Assembly: GCF_033153115.1 (NCBI RefSeq)
Contig: NW_026889763.1
Location: forward strand, 5,518,001 to 5,582,000
DNA: 64,000 nucleotides
From: Saccostrea echinata
Lineage: Eukaryota
Direction of reading: 5' to 3'
In this document: positions 63,301-64,000 of the stretch, piece by piece
Numbering within the stretch: the first letter of the stretch is position 1
Layout: every line of letters starts with the position of its first letter
Notes under the pieces: generated by a model
Database searches by the model: none
The model's input: only the letters and a program-made list of their open reading frames with translations
Told to the model about the DNA's origin: nothing
Position numbers and translations under genes: made by a program

Positions 63301-64000
63301 TTTCATAATCATAATGTCAAAACAGTCTAGACAAACATTAAAGGTTAGATCACGTTATGAGTGCCAGTTTCCGTTAATCGAAGAGAAAAATGACACGAAT
63401 CATATACAAGTGTCTTTTTTAATGCAAGATTAATTTGAGGTTGTATACAAAAAAGTATCAGATTTCAAAAGCACGACAAAAACTGTGTTGTCGTAATATA
63501 GTTGGTATGCATTTTTAATGTTTTGATTCATTATACTGAGTATGTTACATTTCAAAATCAGTTATTAACACGGAATTGATCATCCCAATTTCTAATAAGA
63601 GAGTGAGTTAAAGCCAGTCATTCACTAGTACAATTTTTATGCAAGGTTAACTTGTTATTTTCATAAAAAAAAGAAAGTGTATACTCATATACCACAACAC
63701 TCTATAAACTGCTTTGTCATTTCTTAACTGGTACAACTGCATCACAAACAAGATATTGTTTAAGTTTGAGGACCATCATGTGACAACCACATTATTCTTT
63801 ATTATCTTAGGCATCGACCACAGAAATAGGGCTTAAGTGATGATCACTTAAACTTCTGATGGAAAGTGTTTTGTATGAGTTGCCACTAGAATGAACTTTC
63901 AAAATTTAAAATTTCCTTTTGATGGAAGGCTTTCGATAAATCTGACTAAACATCTGAAAGCAAAATTTTAGTCATTTATCAGGAACAATTAATCATGACA

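Overview
AT-rich, intron-containing animal genomic DNA. The repeat families and gene content point to a bivalve, probably an oyster (inference). Five protein-coding genes could be assembled by hand with phase-consistent GT-AG introns: (1) a secreted RBP4/purpurin-like lipocalin (-, 9415 to 3666 or beyond); (2) an intronless B-box/coiled-coil/NHL-type TRIM-like gene (-); (3) ELMOD3 (-, 11 coding exons, 636 aa); (4) a full-length 904-aa Schlafen with AlbA, SWADL-like and SF1 helicase regions, resembling SLFN11/13 (-); (5) PAAT/C10orf88 (+, 434 aa), head-to-head with the Schlafen. The rest is dense with non-autonomous elements: Helentron-type HINEs with internal satellites, MITEs resembling hAT, P, Kolobok, Tc1, Harbinger and IS3EU, tRNA-derived SINEs, and a Penelope-like RT relic. 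The most striking unexplained pattern is that tandem repeats repeatedly start exactly at RNA-processing boundaries. Four exon-end/5' splice-donor junctions in three unrelated genes are tandemly amplified (x2 to x17), as are sequences at two stop codons, one of them an array of ATTAAA signals. The Schlafen also has atypical catalytic residues (EFK to QFK) and lacks the zinc-finger Cys pair.
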